Shown: in pieces, positions 1 through 8,165 of the stretch
How positions within the stretch are numbered: the stretch's first letter is position 1
How the letters are laid out: every line of letters starts with the position of its first letter
From: a virus
Lineage: Duplodnaviria; Heunggongvirae; Uroviricota; Caudoviricetes
DNA: 64,000 nucleotides
Direction: 5' to 3' (one strand)
IMG/VR virus record: IMGVR_UViG_3300032007_000008
The notes under the pieces: generated by a model
Database searches by the model: none
Told to the model about the DNA's origin: nothing
Seen by the model: the letters and a program-made list of their open reading frames with translations, nothing else
Position numbers and translations under genes: made by a program

Positions 1-97
1 TCGCTGCGGCTGACAAGGCTTACGCCGAGGACATGGAACTTGTGAAAAAGGCGAGTTCACAGTCTGCGGAGTAGAAATCAAGGCCGCAGTCTTTGGA

Positions 98-127
98 AAG
101 GGGGCTTTCAAGCCCTCTTTTTTTTTT
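98..127 (+). terminator. Rho-independent terminator (GC hairpin aagggggct/agccctct followed by a T9 run)
   Basis: The hairpin and poly-T are seen directly, just upstream of the first promoter. Confidence 0.6.
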
Positions 128-139
128 GCACTTACCCTC

Positions 140-168
140 TTGACTTCCAAAACCGTTTTTGGTATAAT
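140..168 (+). promoter_or_regulatory. Sigma-70-like promoter: TTGACT, 17 nt spacer, TATAAT with extended TGg
   Basis: ttgact 140-145 and tggtataat 160-168. An RBS aaaggagaaaaag and ATG 191 follow downstream. Confidence 0.6.
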
Positions 169-190
169 TGTCGGCACAAAGGAGAAAAAG

Positions 191-577
191 ATGGACGGAG
201 AAAACAAGACAGAGACGAAAAGGCCGTTTGGAAAGGCGGACTACGAACATCTCGCAACCCATTCCGTGAAGAGGGTCGTGGGAGACATCTGCAACGCGAT
301 TGAGAACGAACTCATCATCTTCGTCCTTAAGAGGAAATTCCTCATCACGGGAGACAACGGAGATTCTTCGCTGATTGCAAAGGAGGCAAACGAGACTTTC
401 ATGCCTGAGAAGCCTCTCGACGGAGAATCGGTTGACCTTCTCGTCTCTACGGTCATGTCCGACGCGGAAAACGGAAAGTTCGGCGGTTCGGTCGTTTCGG
501 GTATGGCCATATCGAAGGGACTTATGCGCTTCTGCCAGAACTTCAAGGAGAATGAAGATGAACAGCAGAATGACTGA
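191..577 (+). CDS. Hypothetical protein (128 aa)
   Basis: A strong AGGAG RBS lies 7 nt upstream of ATG 191. This is the internal start of ORF 140..577. No domain is recognised. Confidence 0.6.
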   Translation: MDGENKTETKRPFGKADYEHLATHSVKRVVGDICNAIENELIIFVLKRKFLITGDNGDSSLIAKEANETFMPEKPLDGESVDLLVSTVMSDAENGKFGGSVVSGMAISKGLMRFCQNFKENEDEQQND

Positions 578-740
578 CAATGGTCACTACACCTACGACA
601 TCGTTCTCGTTGACGAGAACGACCGCATTGTGAAGACCGTCGTGTCTGCGGACAGCGCGATGGAAGCGGTCTGTATGGCGAAAAGGACGTTCGGCAGAGG
701 ATGGAGCGTCCGCAAACTTGAACTTTGTTTCGCAAACTGA
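558..740 (+). CDS. Hypothetical small protein (60 aa)
   Basis: The RBS aaggag at 545-550 is 7 nt before ATG 558. It overlaps the 3' end of the previous gene. Confidence 0.45.
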   Translation: MNSRMTDNGHYTYDIVLVDENDRIVKTVVSADSAMEAVCMAKRTFGRGWSVRKLELCFAN

Positions 741-750
741 CTATTCCCCC

Positions 751-779
751 TTGACTTTTGAATCCTGTTTTGCTATAAT
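751..779 (+). promoter_or_regulatory. Sigma-70-like promoter with a conserved leader (TTGACT-17-TATAAT, then aggcggcgttt)
   Basis: ttgact 751-756 and tataat 774-779. This is a member of the repeated promoter/leader cassette. Confidence 0.65.
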
Positions 780-815
780 AGGCGGCGTTTAAAGGACATC
801 AAAGGAGAAAAGAAA

Positions 816-1100
816 ATGGCAAGCAACAAGAAAACAAGCATCTTCATCGTAATTACGGAAACGAACGAGGATGGAGACACATGGACCGACATTCTCGACG
901 GCAAGTTCTTCTTAGACCGCAACAGCGCACGGAAGGCCATGCGCGACGATTTCCGCAAGAACAAGAAGTCTCTTGAAGATTGTGACATCGGCTTCGACAA
1001 GGACAAGGACGATTGCGTACTGTCCGCGAACTGCGAGTGGTCGAAACGGTGGGTCGTGACGAAACTGACCGGAGATATTCCGCTTGCCAAAAAAGCGTAG
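816..1100 (+). CDS. Hypothetical protein (94 aa)
   Basis: The RBS aaaggagaaaag precedes the ATG, and the promoter is directly upstream. Confidence 0.65.
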   Translation: MASNKKTSIFIVITETNEDGDTWTDILDGKFFLDRNSARKAMRDDFRKNKKSLEDCDIGFDKDKDDCVLSANCEWSKRWVVTKLTGDIPLAKKA

Positions 1101-1482
1101 TGACCGTATGTTCTACGGATGCTGGACAAGCAGGCAGTACCCAAAGTGGTTCTGCAAAAGGCACTTCTCCAGAATAGCAACCATGCAAAGGGGAGGTGCG
1201 CTTCCGCACAAGGTCACGTTCTACCATTGGCGGAGGAATCCGCTCACGCAGGAAATGTTCTACGTTGACAAAGACCACCAAGACCTCGTACTCATGTACG
1301 TCCATCCGGAAAAGTACGAGGAAAAGCACGATGACGAGAACATAAGGTTCAACGAAACCGACATACCGTTCTTCAAGAGGTGGATTGGCAGTTGCTGTTT
1401 CTGCGATGAGATTTCCGTGGAGGATTGGCGCAAACTCGACAAGTTCTGCTTCGAGACGGAAAATCCCATGTCCGAGTATTGA
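1084..1482 (+). CDS. Hypothetical Cys-containing protein (start uncertain; alternative ATG at 1108)
   Basis: The ORF fills the gap between its neighbours. No clear RBS is present. Confidence 0.4.
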   Translation: MPKKRSDRMFYGCWTSRQYPKWFCKRHFSRIATMQRGGALPHKVTFYHWRRNPLTQEMFYVDKDHQDLVLMYVHPEKYEEKHDDENIRFNETDIPFFKRWIGSCCFCDEISVEDWRKLDKFCFETENPMSEY

Positions 1483-1502
1483 CACGTCTAAATAGTGTCA
1501 AT

Positions 1503-1958
1503 ATGGCAAAAACGCTGTTTGACACGCAGATAGACATACTTCTCGAACTTGGTAGCGGACTGAAGTGCGGCCTTACCAAAAGGCAGTTGAACTCATTTTT
1601 TCAAGGCAAGGAGGACACCGTTCTGAAGAACGGAATAGTTCTCGTGTCATACGGAGAGACTGCCGAAACGAAAGACGAGCAGTCAAAGGCTCTTGTCGAA
1701 CTTGCCGAGAAATACCTTACCGACGATGACAGGTTCGTTTTCCAAAACAGAATCAAGGGAAAGACCTGCGTCATAATAGGACGTGCGGCAAGCGAACTGG
1801 CGAAACTGGCCGTATGCGACCCAGACAGCGGAAACAAAGTCAAGTTCAAGGGTTGCAACGAGGAACTGTCCGACATACCCTGTACAATACCGAAGGGAAG
1901 AAAACTTCGCCATTTCGGTAACAGAAGGATAAAAGACCTCATCCCACGCAAAAAATAG
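1503..1958 (+). CDS. Hypothetical protein (151 aa)
   Basis: This is the internal ATG of ORF 1425..1958, after a ttgaca...tcaatat promoter-like stretch. The coding composition is consistent. Confidence 0.5.
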   Translation: MAKTLFDTQIDILLELGSGLKCGLTKRQLNSFFQGKEDTVLKNGIVLVSYGETAETKDEQSKALVELAEKYLTDDDRFVFQNRIKGKTCVIIGRAASELAKLAVCDPDSGNKVKFKGCNEELSDIPCTIPKGRKLRHFGNRRIKDLIPRKK

Positions 1959-2064
1959 CGATTTCCCTCTTGACAAATCTTCTTCTCTGTGGTAGAAAGA
2001 CACGCGCACACGCGCACCTATATAGAAGGATTGAAAAAAATTTTTCAAAATCCTGTTTTCCCCC

Positions 2065-2093
2065 TTGACTTTGAAATCCTGATATGCTATAAT
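2065..2093 (+). promoter_or_regulatory. Sigma-70-like promoter with the conserved leader tataataggcggcgtttt
   Basis: ttgact 2065-2070, a 17 nt spacer, then tataat 2088-2093. The 5' UTR of about 90 nt contains a ccgcc-gagt-ggcgg hairpin. Confidence 0.6.
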
Positions 2094-2183
2094 AGGCGGC
2101 GTTTTGAGGGACAGAAGAGTTCAAGTCCGCCGAGTGGCGGAAACTCCGACGAACCTGCGAAACACAAACAAGGAAACAAAATC

Positions 2184-3221
2184 ATGGCTATCGCAATGAC
2201 AAGCACCGACAAGGGCATCTCCACCGCATCCACCTACTTCACCCACGACGGAAACCTCTCCGAGAAAATCGACTTCGGCGAAGCGCGTTCTCTTCTCGAC
2301 TTCGAGGTCATCACCGAGCCTATCTTCAGGCCGAACGGCGTTGTCGTGAGCAAGGACGGCTCCCACACCTACGAGGTTCACGGCGAGCAGGTTCCCGACA
2401 TCTACAACCTCGTCCGCACCGACACCCACGACATCCTCCCCATCGGCAAGTCCGTTGGCCGCGAGTTCACGCCCGTAAACCATACGGAGATGTTCGACTT
2501 CCTCCGTGACAAGATTCTTCCGGAGATGCCGCAACTCGTCCTTGAGACGGTCGCAACCATGTACGGCGGAGCGTCCTCTCTCATCACCGCCGACTTCGGT
2601 GACGATTTCCACCTTCCGAACGACCAGTCCGGTCATCGCACCCGCATCATCTTCTCCAACCCGATGGGTCGCGGCTCCCTCGTTCTTGGCTTCACGAACA
2701 TCCGCGTGGTGTGCCAGAACACCCTCCGCGCCGCCCGCCGCGAGGTTTCGCAATCCGCTGACGGTTTCAAGGTTCAGCACTCCACGAATGTGCAGGGTCT
2801 CGTCGAAAAGGCTCTCGACTCCATCCACAAGCAGATTGTCGATGCCAAGTCCCTCCGCGAAATGCAGACGGTTCTCGCCACCACGCAGGTCAACTCCGAG
2901 CAGGTGAAGAACATTCTCGATGCGGTCTATCCGCTGACGAAGTACGACAAGGGTTCGACGGGCTTCACCCGCGCCGAGAACGTCCGCGCCGAGGTCATGC
3001 GTCAGTTCGAGGGTGGAGAGACTGCGCAGACGATGAACGGCAAGACGGCATGGTCGCTCTTCAACTCCTTCACCTACCCCATCTTCAACCCGAAGAAGTT
3101 GAGCGCCCGCGTTGACAAGGCGGAACTCGCCTACAGCGGTCTGATTGGCACTCGCGCCGACAAGGTGAGCGGCATCTTCTCCAAGGTCTGGGACGAGGTG
3201 GTTGAGCGCAAGGCGGCATAA
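2184..3221 (+). CDS. Hypothetical protein (345 aa); family not confidently recognised
   Basis: The ORF is long with a coding-like composition. The start was chosen at the ATG after the RBS aaggaaacaaaatc. An antisense 395-aa ORF on the minus strand was judged a shadow ORF. Confidence 0.6.
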   Translation: MAIAMTSTDKGISTASTYFTHDGNLSEKIDFGEARSLLDFEVITEPIFRPNGVVVSKDGSHTYEVHGEQVPDIYNLVRTDTHDILPIGKSVGREFTPVNHTEMFDFLRDKILPEMPQLVLETVATMYGGASSLITADFGDDFHLPNDQSGHRTRIIFSNPMGRGSLVLGFTNIRVVCQNTLRAARREVSQSADGFKVQHSTNVQGLVEKALDSIHKQIVDAKSLREMQTVLATTQVNSEQVKNILDAVYPLTKYDKGSTGFTRAENVRAEVMRQFEGGETAQTMNGKTAWSLFNSFTYPIFNPKKLSARVDKAELAYSGLIGTRADKVSGIFSKVWDEVVERKAA

Positions 3222-3250
3222 GCCGAGCGCACCTTCGACCAAGGAGACGA

Positions 3251-3288
3251 GCCCTGTCCGAAAGGACAGGGCTTTTTCGTCTTTTTTT
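3251..3288 (+). terminator. Rho-independent terminator (gccctgtcc-gaaa-ggacagggc followed by a T-run)
   Basis: A perfect 9-bp stem and a T-rich tail lie directly after the stop codon at 3221. Confidence 0.8.
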
Positions 3289-3362
3289 AAGATGGCGAAC
3301 TCCACCACGGAGAAGTGATTTTGTCAAGGGGAATCTCGCAGAAAAATTTTTTCGATTCCCCC

Positions 3363-3391
3363 TTGACTTTGAAATCCTGATATGATATAAT
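3363..3391 (+). promoter_or_regulatory. Sigma-70-like promoter with a conserved leader
   Basis: ttgact 3363-3368, a 17 nt spacer, tataat 3386-3391, then tggcggcgttt. Confidence 0.65.
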
Positions 3392-3427
3392 TGGCGGCGT
3401 TTAAGGGACATTAAAGGAGAAACCAAA

Positions 3428-3820
3428 ATGAACAAGGTCATACTTACAGAGGACTACTGCACCGAGTGCGACGAAGAGGTGCATCAGGTGTTTGGCGAAA
3501 AGGCGTTTTTCGCCCATCAGGTCGGTCGTGTGCGCTGTCCAACTTGCGGAAGCATCGTCCTTCCGTGCAACGAGTGCGAAGACAATCTCGCCTGCGACAA
3601 TTGTCCTTGGGCTTCCGCTTCCATCGAGAAGTCCATGTCCGACGAAGCCTACATCCGCTTCATTCGCACGGAGGAGACCGACCTCTACGAACTCTTCCGT
3701 AGCGGCAGGAACGGAAACTACTACAAGGACATCATCGAAAAGGTCGAGAAGGAACTGAAGGAGAAAAAGGCGAAAAAGGCTAAGGCGGCGAAGGTCGCGG
3801 AGGTGATTCCATGCGCATGA
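3428..3820 (+). CDS. Hypothetical zinc-ribbon protein (CxxC, CPxC and CNxC pairs) with a Lys-rich C-terminus
   Basis: The RBS aaaggagaaacc precedes the ATG. The Cys pairs are visible in the translation. Confidence 0.65.
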   Translation: MNKVILTEDYCTECDEEVHQVFGEKAFFAHQVGRVRCPTCGSIVLPCNECEDNLACDNCPWASASIEKSMSDEAYIRFIRTEETDLYELFRSGRNGNYYKDIIEKVEKELKEKKAKKAKAAKVAEVIPCA

Positions 3821-4083
3821 AGATGCTCACTCTGGACGAGGTTGCCCGCAAGTTCCACAGGAACGCGCAAAAGCCCGGCGTGGTGATAGCGAGGGAAGCG
3901 GACTACGTTTCCTGCATGGCCGGAACCGACCCAATCACATCCTACAGGCTACATTCGTTCGAGGAAGTGCGGAGGGCGTACAAGGCCAAGGCCATTCAGC
4001 TCGCCCATGCGTCCTACTATGACGTGTCCCTAAAGGCGGAGCGGTCGCAGGTTCCTTTCATAATCCTCTTTTTCGGGGATTGA
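3811..4083 (+). CDS. Hypothetical protein (90 aa)
   Basis: The start overlaps the stop of the previous gene. The RBS is gaggtg. Confidence 0.5.
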   Translation: MRMKMLTLDEVARKFHRNAQKPGVVIAREADYVSCMAGTDPITSYRLHSFEEVRRAYKAKAIQLAHASYYDVSLKAERSQVPFIILFFGD

Positions 4084-4108
4084 CTTTCGGTTTTAGTTTT
4101 GGTATAAT
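4080..4108 (+). promoter_or_regulatory. Sigma-70-like promoter (TTGACT-17-TATAAT with extended TGg)
   Basis: ttgact 4080-4085 and tataat 4103-4108. An RBS and ATG 4133 follow. Confidence 0.6.
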
Positions 4109-4132
4109 AGCGGCATAAAGGAGAAATCAATA

Positions 4133-4402
4133 ATGAAACTGAAGAACATCTACACGGTTGTCGTCCACTCCCTTGCGGGTGACGAGGATTCCACAGTCTC
4201 TTTCGAGCGGTGGGAGGATGCTGTCGGCTACATCACGGGCGAAGAACTCGCTGAAGCAGGCGCGTCAGAAGAGGAAATCGAAGAGTGCAAGGAGTTTCTC
4301 GAAAACGAGAGGAACTACACCTACGGCGATTGGGAGTACACGATATACGACGCAAAACTCGTTCTCGCGCCGACGGAGGGTGACAATGGCAGGGCGTCCT
4401 AA
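4133..4402 (+). CDS. Hypothetical acidic protein (89 aa)
   Basis: The RBS aaaggagaaatc is present, with the promoter upstream. Confidence 0.65.
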   Translation: MKLKNIYTVVVHSLAGDEDSTVSFERWEDAVGYITGEELAEAGASEEEIEECKEFLENERNYTYGDWEYTIYDAKLVLAPTEGDNGRAS

Positions 4403-4709
4403 GTCGAGAAGGGTACTGCTGACAATCCCAGAACGCGCCGTTCTCGACCGCATGGTTGCCATGTTGCAACCGTCGTGGTATGGCGGTTTGACCGTGACGG
4501 TGAAGGACTGTCAGACCTTCACGGAAGTCCGAACATGGGACAAGAACGGCAGGGTGTTCAACATAGCCCTTGACACGGCAATCCGCAGGATGCTGAAGGG
4601 GGTTGACGTTGAGAACATCTACGACAGGCTCGGTAGCGAAGGGCTTGTGATTTGGCGCGACCTCGTTTTAAACAACCTCGGTCTTGCCAAAGCCTACTAC
4701 GGAAAATAA
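4386..4709 (+). CDS. Hypothetical protein (107 aa)
   Basis: The internal ATG of ORF 4158..4709 is preceded by the RBS ggaggg. It is translationally coupled to the upstream gene. Confidence 0.55.
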   Translation: MAGRPKSRRVLLTIPERAVLDRMVAMLQPSWYGGLTVTVKDCQTFTEVRTWDKNGRVFNIALDTAIRRMLKGVDVENIYDRLGSEGLVIWRDLVLNNLGLAKAYYGK

Positions 4710-4733
4710 TCACGATTTTCTTTCAGCCGCCTA

Positions 4734-4762
4734 TTGACATCACAATCCTGTTGTGGTATAAT
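4734..4762 (+). promoter_or_regulatory. Sigma-70-like promoter with the conserved leader (TTGACA-17-TATAATaggcggcgtttt)
   Basis: ttgaca 4734-4739 and tataat 4757-4762. Confidence 0.65.
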
Positions 4763-4796
4763 AGGCGGCGTTTTAGGTCACTAAAGGAGAAACGAC

Positions 4797-5339
4797 ATGA
4801 ACTACAAGGTAAAGGTCACGGAAATCCGTTCCTTGGAAATCGAAGTGGATGCGAAGAACGAGCGGGATGCCATCAACACCGCGCACGACGCATACATGAA
4901 CAGCGATTACCTACAGGAGCAGATGCTTCAGGATTCCGCGCTTGTGAGGGATGCACTGAAGGTCGTGGAAAAGGACGGCTACCGTCTGGATGAAGATGGA
5001 TACGTCATCATTCCGCAGACATTGAAGATTCGGAAGGACGAACTCGCCAAGTGGGAGAAGATGCTTCTGTCGAACGACATCGACTACGACAAGGAGGGTT
5101 TTGCCGACGAAGAGTGCGTTCAGAAGTGGAGCGCAAAATTTCCGGACGGTCGTGAAATGGACCTGCGCGTCTGTACGAACTGCCGCGAGGACAAGGACGT
5201 TTGGAGCGAAGCGATACTTTACGATGCGGATGGAACCGAACTCGCCTTTTCGTCGGTCTGCGACTGCCTGAAGGGTGAATGGAACCTGTTCGACGGGGAC
5301 GAGGGAAAGCACTACCTTCTGAAAGTGATTTCCGAGTAA
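4797..5339 (+). CDS. Hypothetical protein (180 aa)
   Basis: The RBS aaaggagaaacg is present, with the promoter upstream. Confidence 0.65.
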   Translation: MNYKVKVTEIRSLEIEVDAKNERDAINTAHDAYMNSDYLQEQMLQDSALVRDALKVVEKDGYRLDEDGYVIIPQTLKIRKDELAKWEKMLLSNDIDYDKEGFADEECVQKWSAKFPDGREMDLRVCTNCREDKDVWSEAILYDADGTELAFSSVCDCLKGEWNLFDGDEGKHYLLKVISE

Positions 5340-5364
5340 AACTTCAAAAAACAAGGAGAAAACG

Positions 5365-5718
5365 ATGAAAATGGAAAAGGTATATACTGCCCTCGCCATC
5401 TACAGCGGCGAATACGGCGCGGCCTGCGTCGAGTTCAACGAGGTGTTCCGTAGCCGCAAGAAGGCTCTCGACTTCGTGAAGCAGTCAATCGTCCGCGAGT
5501 GCGAGTTCGGTAGCGACTGCAAGGTGAACTGGCCTCTCGCCAATTCCCTTTTGAACAACCTCGACATTCACAACGAGTGCTTCTACGACTTCGGCGACGG
5601 CAACCGTTGGCACTGGTGGGTGGACTGGACGTACACCACCCCAAGCCGTTCTCGGAAGACGACGAAAGCCGCTGTCAAGGCGAAGCCCAAGTCCAAGAAG
5701 CGCAAGGCGAAACGCTAA
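5365..5718 (+). CDS. Hypothetical protein with a basic Lys/Arg-rich C-terminal tail (possible nucleic-acid binder)
   Basis: The RBS is caaggagaaaacg. The C-terminus reads AAVKAKPKSKKRKAKR. Confidence 0.6.
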   Translation: MKMEKVYTALAIYSGEYGAACVEFNEVFRSRKKALDFVKQSIVRECEFGSDCKVNWPLANSLLNNLDIHNECFYDFGDGNRWHWWVDWTYTTPSRSRKTTKAAVKAKPKSKKRKAKR

Positions 5719-5796
5719 GCGCAAGGAGGATTGTATCCAGCCGAGAAACAGCGTGTCTGTATCTCGGTTGGAAACAACGGCTCTAAATAATTCCCG

Positions 5797-6333
5797 ATGC
5801 GTTGCGGCAAGGGAATTACAACAAAAAGAGCGGCTTCTTCCGAACATGGACGCGGTATTCCCGCGCTAGTCCCCTCTTTTGTGAAGGACGACTGCTCAGA
5901 CTGTCCGTCCTTCAAGGGAGCTGTATGGGTCGAAAACGTACCCTATAAGATAGACACTTTGCTGTATGTAGGCTCTCCAAAGGCCATGAAAGCCTACATA
6001 AAACGCAATTTTCGCCAAAAAATCGACGAAAATGCGGTTTCGCTGTCCTCCGTGGACGGTCTGACGGTCGAGTGCGAACGTGGAGACGGCAGTCACTTCA
6101 TAATGATTTGGATGCCGAGGTTTTTCTTCAACGCCCAGAATTTCGGGGTTCTGGTACATGAAATCATCCATGCCACCGTAATGGTTCTGAAACTGTCTGG
6201 GGTACACTCCGTAATCCTCGAAGGGAACTCGCCAGAGTCTGACGACGAAGCCCTTACCCACACGGCAGACCACATGACCGAAGCACTGCTCGGAAAAATG
6301 ATGCGCAAGATTCTTGCTGTCGGCAAACGCTGA
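5797..6333 (+). CDS. Putative HExxH zinc-metallopeptidase-like protein (start uncertain; alternative ATG at 5986)
   Basis: The motif VLVHEIIHATV lies in a roughly 180-aa ORF. It is flanked on both sides by a repeated motif of about 25 nt. Confidence 0.45.
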   Translation: MRCGKGITTKRAASSEHGRGIPALVPSFVKDDCSDCPSFKGAVWVENVPYKIDTLLYVGSPKAMKAYIKRNFRQKIDENAVSLSSVDGLTVECERGDGSHFIMIWMPRFFFNAQNFGVLVHEIIHATVMVLKLSGVHSVILEGNSPESDDEALTHTADHMTEALLGKMMRKILAVGKR

Positions 6334-6388
6334 CGGCTTGGCCGTTTTGTATCTCGCGGAGAAACAACAGGATTGTTGCATTTTACTG

Positions 6389-6417
6389 TTGCGCTTTCCG
6401 TCATGATGTGGTATAAT
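6389..6417 (+). promoter_or_regulatory. Promoter of the TTGCGC-N17-TATAAT class with extended TGtGg
   Basis: ttgcgc 6389-6394 and tataat 6412-6417. Confidence 0.55.
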
Positions 6418-6451
6418 ATGTGGCGTCAAAGGACAAAAAGGAGAAAAGGAA

Positions 6452-6679
6452 ATGACAATCGACAGAGTGAATGGAGTATATGCGGTACACAAGCCCGGCT
6501 CCGGAGTCGTGACGGTCTTCGAGAGCAGCGGAAAGCGGCTCGGCGGAATCTACGTTCCGACCGATGTTGACAGCGTTTCCTCTTCAGGAACGTCGGTCTA
6601 TGTCAACAGGGGAAACACGACCACAATCTACGAATGTTCGACAGGCACTCCCAAGAGGGTCAATTCCTTCAACTACTGA
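6452..6679 (+). CDS. Hypothetical protein (75 aa)
   Basis: The RBS is aaaaggagaaaagg. Confidence 0.65.
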   Translation: MTIDRVNGVYAVHKPGSGVVTVFESSGKRLGGIYVPTDVDSVSSSGTSVYVNRGNTTTIYECSTGTPKRVNSFNY

Positions 6680-6721
6680 CCCAAGTATAATTTACCAAAA
6701 CAACCAAAGGAAAACAATAAC

Positions 6722-7516
6722 ATGACACTAAATCAGTTCTTCGCGAAGCAATCTTCGCATTGGAACGAAATCGCGGGAAACATCCCCGTGCTTCGCGACC
6801 TCGACTACAGCTATGACGACGACCTCTCCGTGTTCGCCACGGTTCGTTCGGACAACCTGAAGTTCGCTCAGGAAAACTCGATTTTCCTGTCCTCGATGGA
6901 CTTCGACGACGATGCGAAGGACATCAACGCGGAAATCGCCGAGAACATCGCGCATCACTCCGACATGAACCTTGTCGTGAAGATTCTCCGCACGAACGGA
7001 GACTACGACATCGTTTCGTGGCGAATCCTTCAGGGCATCAGCAGGGACGACAACCTCACGCAACTGCTCAACCCCAACGCCCTCGTCATCATCTGCGACG
7101 AGCCTAAGACGGTGAAGACGTACCGCAAGCCCGTCCCTCCGCCAAACCCTCCCCGCAACTACGCGAACTGCGACGGTTGCGTGTCGAAGTGGAACACGAA
7201 GTCCGATTGGAAGGCTATGGCAAACACCGAAGAGCTGGACAAGAACATCCAGTCCTACATCGGAGAGGTCGGAGAGAAGTTCAAGGAACTCAAGAAGAAG
7301 GGTGGAAGCTACTCCTTCTCCTACTCCTTTCAGCAGGACGGAGACGGAAAGGCCATCGTCAAGTACAATCTCGGCGACGGAGAAATCGTTTCCCGCACGT
7401 TTGAACCCAAGACTGCCAAGGCCGACGAGAAGGCCGACGAGAGCGACAAGAAGGCCGACGAGCCGAAGTCCCCTCTCTCGAACGCGCTTCAGAGGTTCAA
7501 GAACATAATCGGATAA
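6722..7516 (+). CDS. Hypothetical protein (264 aa); the C-terminus is rich in Lys, Ala, Asp and Glu
   Basis: The RBS is aaaggaaaac. The ORF is long and clean. Confidence 0.65.
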   Translation: MTLNQFFAKQSSHWNEIAGNIPVLRDLDYSYDDDLSVFATVRSDNLKFAQENSIFLSSMDFDDDAKDINAEIAENIAHHSDMNLVVKILRTNGDYDIVSWRILQGISRDDNLTQLLNPNALVIICDEPKTVKTYRKPVPPPNPPRNYANCDGCVSKWNTKSDWKAMANTEELDKNIQSYIGEVGEKFKELKKKGGSYSFSYSFQQDGDGKAIVKYNLGDGEIVSRTFEPKTAKADEKADESDKKADEPKSPLSNALQRFKNIIG

Positions 7517-7533
7517 CAGGGATTTTCTCCTAA

Positions 7534-7600
7534 AACCCTGCGGGTGCGGGGTTTATCCAGCCGGACGGCGACACCATGAGCCTCCGGCTGGGATTTTTTA
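7534..7600 (+). terminator. Tandem rho-independent terminators
   Basis: The first hairpin is aaccctgc...gcggggtt. The second, ccagccgga...tccggctgg, is followed by a T6 run. Confidence 0.7.
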
Positions 7601-7771
7601 TGCCCACAGAACGCCGCACCGAAAACAGGATTTTGTTTTTTTTTTTGAAATACCCCCTTGACAAAAAGACTTCTCCGTGGTCGGATTTTTTAAAGTTTTT
7701 TTCGAATTTCCTCTTGACAAATCCACTTCTCCATGTTCGCGTTTCCGCCAATTTCTCTGCGTTTAAAACCC

Positions 7772-7800
7772 TATGGGAAAACGGCCATCTATGGTATAAT
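7772..7800 (+). promoter_or_regulatory. Extended -10 promoter (TGgTATAAT with a weak -35)
   Basis: tggtataat at 7792-7800. Confidence 0.45.
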
Positions 7801-7895
7801 GGATGCGCAAAAGGGAAATAGGATACATACGAAATGCCTGCCACGACAAACATCAGATTTCGTGAAACGCGAAAGACTCTTGGAGGTTCGCGCAC

Positions 7896-8120
7896 ATGAA
7901 CGCCGTCTGCTGGCTGTTGCTTGGCCTTGGCTCTGCGCTGTTCATAGGGTTCGCCCTGCTGAAGTACGCAAGCATGGACTATGACCCAGATGCCGTGGCG
8001 AACTGCCCCGAATATCCGCCTTATCCGACAAGACCCATAGGTAAATCCAGTTTTTGCGAAATCCGCAGTTCCGGAAACCCAGGGTTTGCACAAGGCGGCA
8101 TTTCGGGAAAGCCCCTGTGA
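7896..8120 (+). CDS. Small membrane protein (N-terminal TM helix)
   Basis: The RBS ggagg is 7 nt before the ATG. The N-terminus is hydrophobic. Confidence 0.5.
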   Translation: MNAVCWLLLGLGSALFIGFALLKYASMDYDPDAVANCPEYPPYPTRPIGKSSFCEIRSSGNPGFAQGGISGKPL

Positions 8121-8165
8121 CGAAAGGGGTGCGTTGCGGAAAAGAAGGATTTGAGAGGAAAACCC

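Noticed and set aside
2117-2140. A tRNA-like T-loop string gttcaagtccgcc in the 5' UTR of gene 2184
   Set aside because: No acceptor/D/anticodon arms can be folded around it. It forms a simple ccgcc-gagt-ggcgg hairpin inside a promoter leader instead.
2121-3308. A 395-aa minus-strand ORF overlapping gene 2184..3221
   Set aside because: It is an antisense shadow ORF. Its composition is Leu/Arg/Val/Gly-rich, it has no RBS or promoter, and the plus-strand gene has a promoter, an RBS and a downstream terminator.
741-7800. A possible CRISPR-like array, because a motif of about 30 bp recurs
   Set aside because: The repeats are promoter/leader units separated by whole genes at irregular distances of 0.6 to 1.3 kb. 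No regularly spaced short spacers are present.
7834-7899. A 21-codon ORF (MPATTNIRFRETRKTLGGSRT) right after the promoter at 7772-7800
   Set aside because: It is too short and has no RBS. It is more likely to be 5' UTR of gene 7896..8120.
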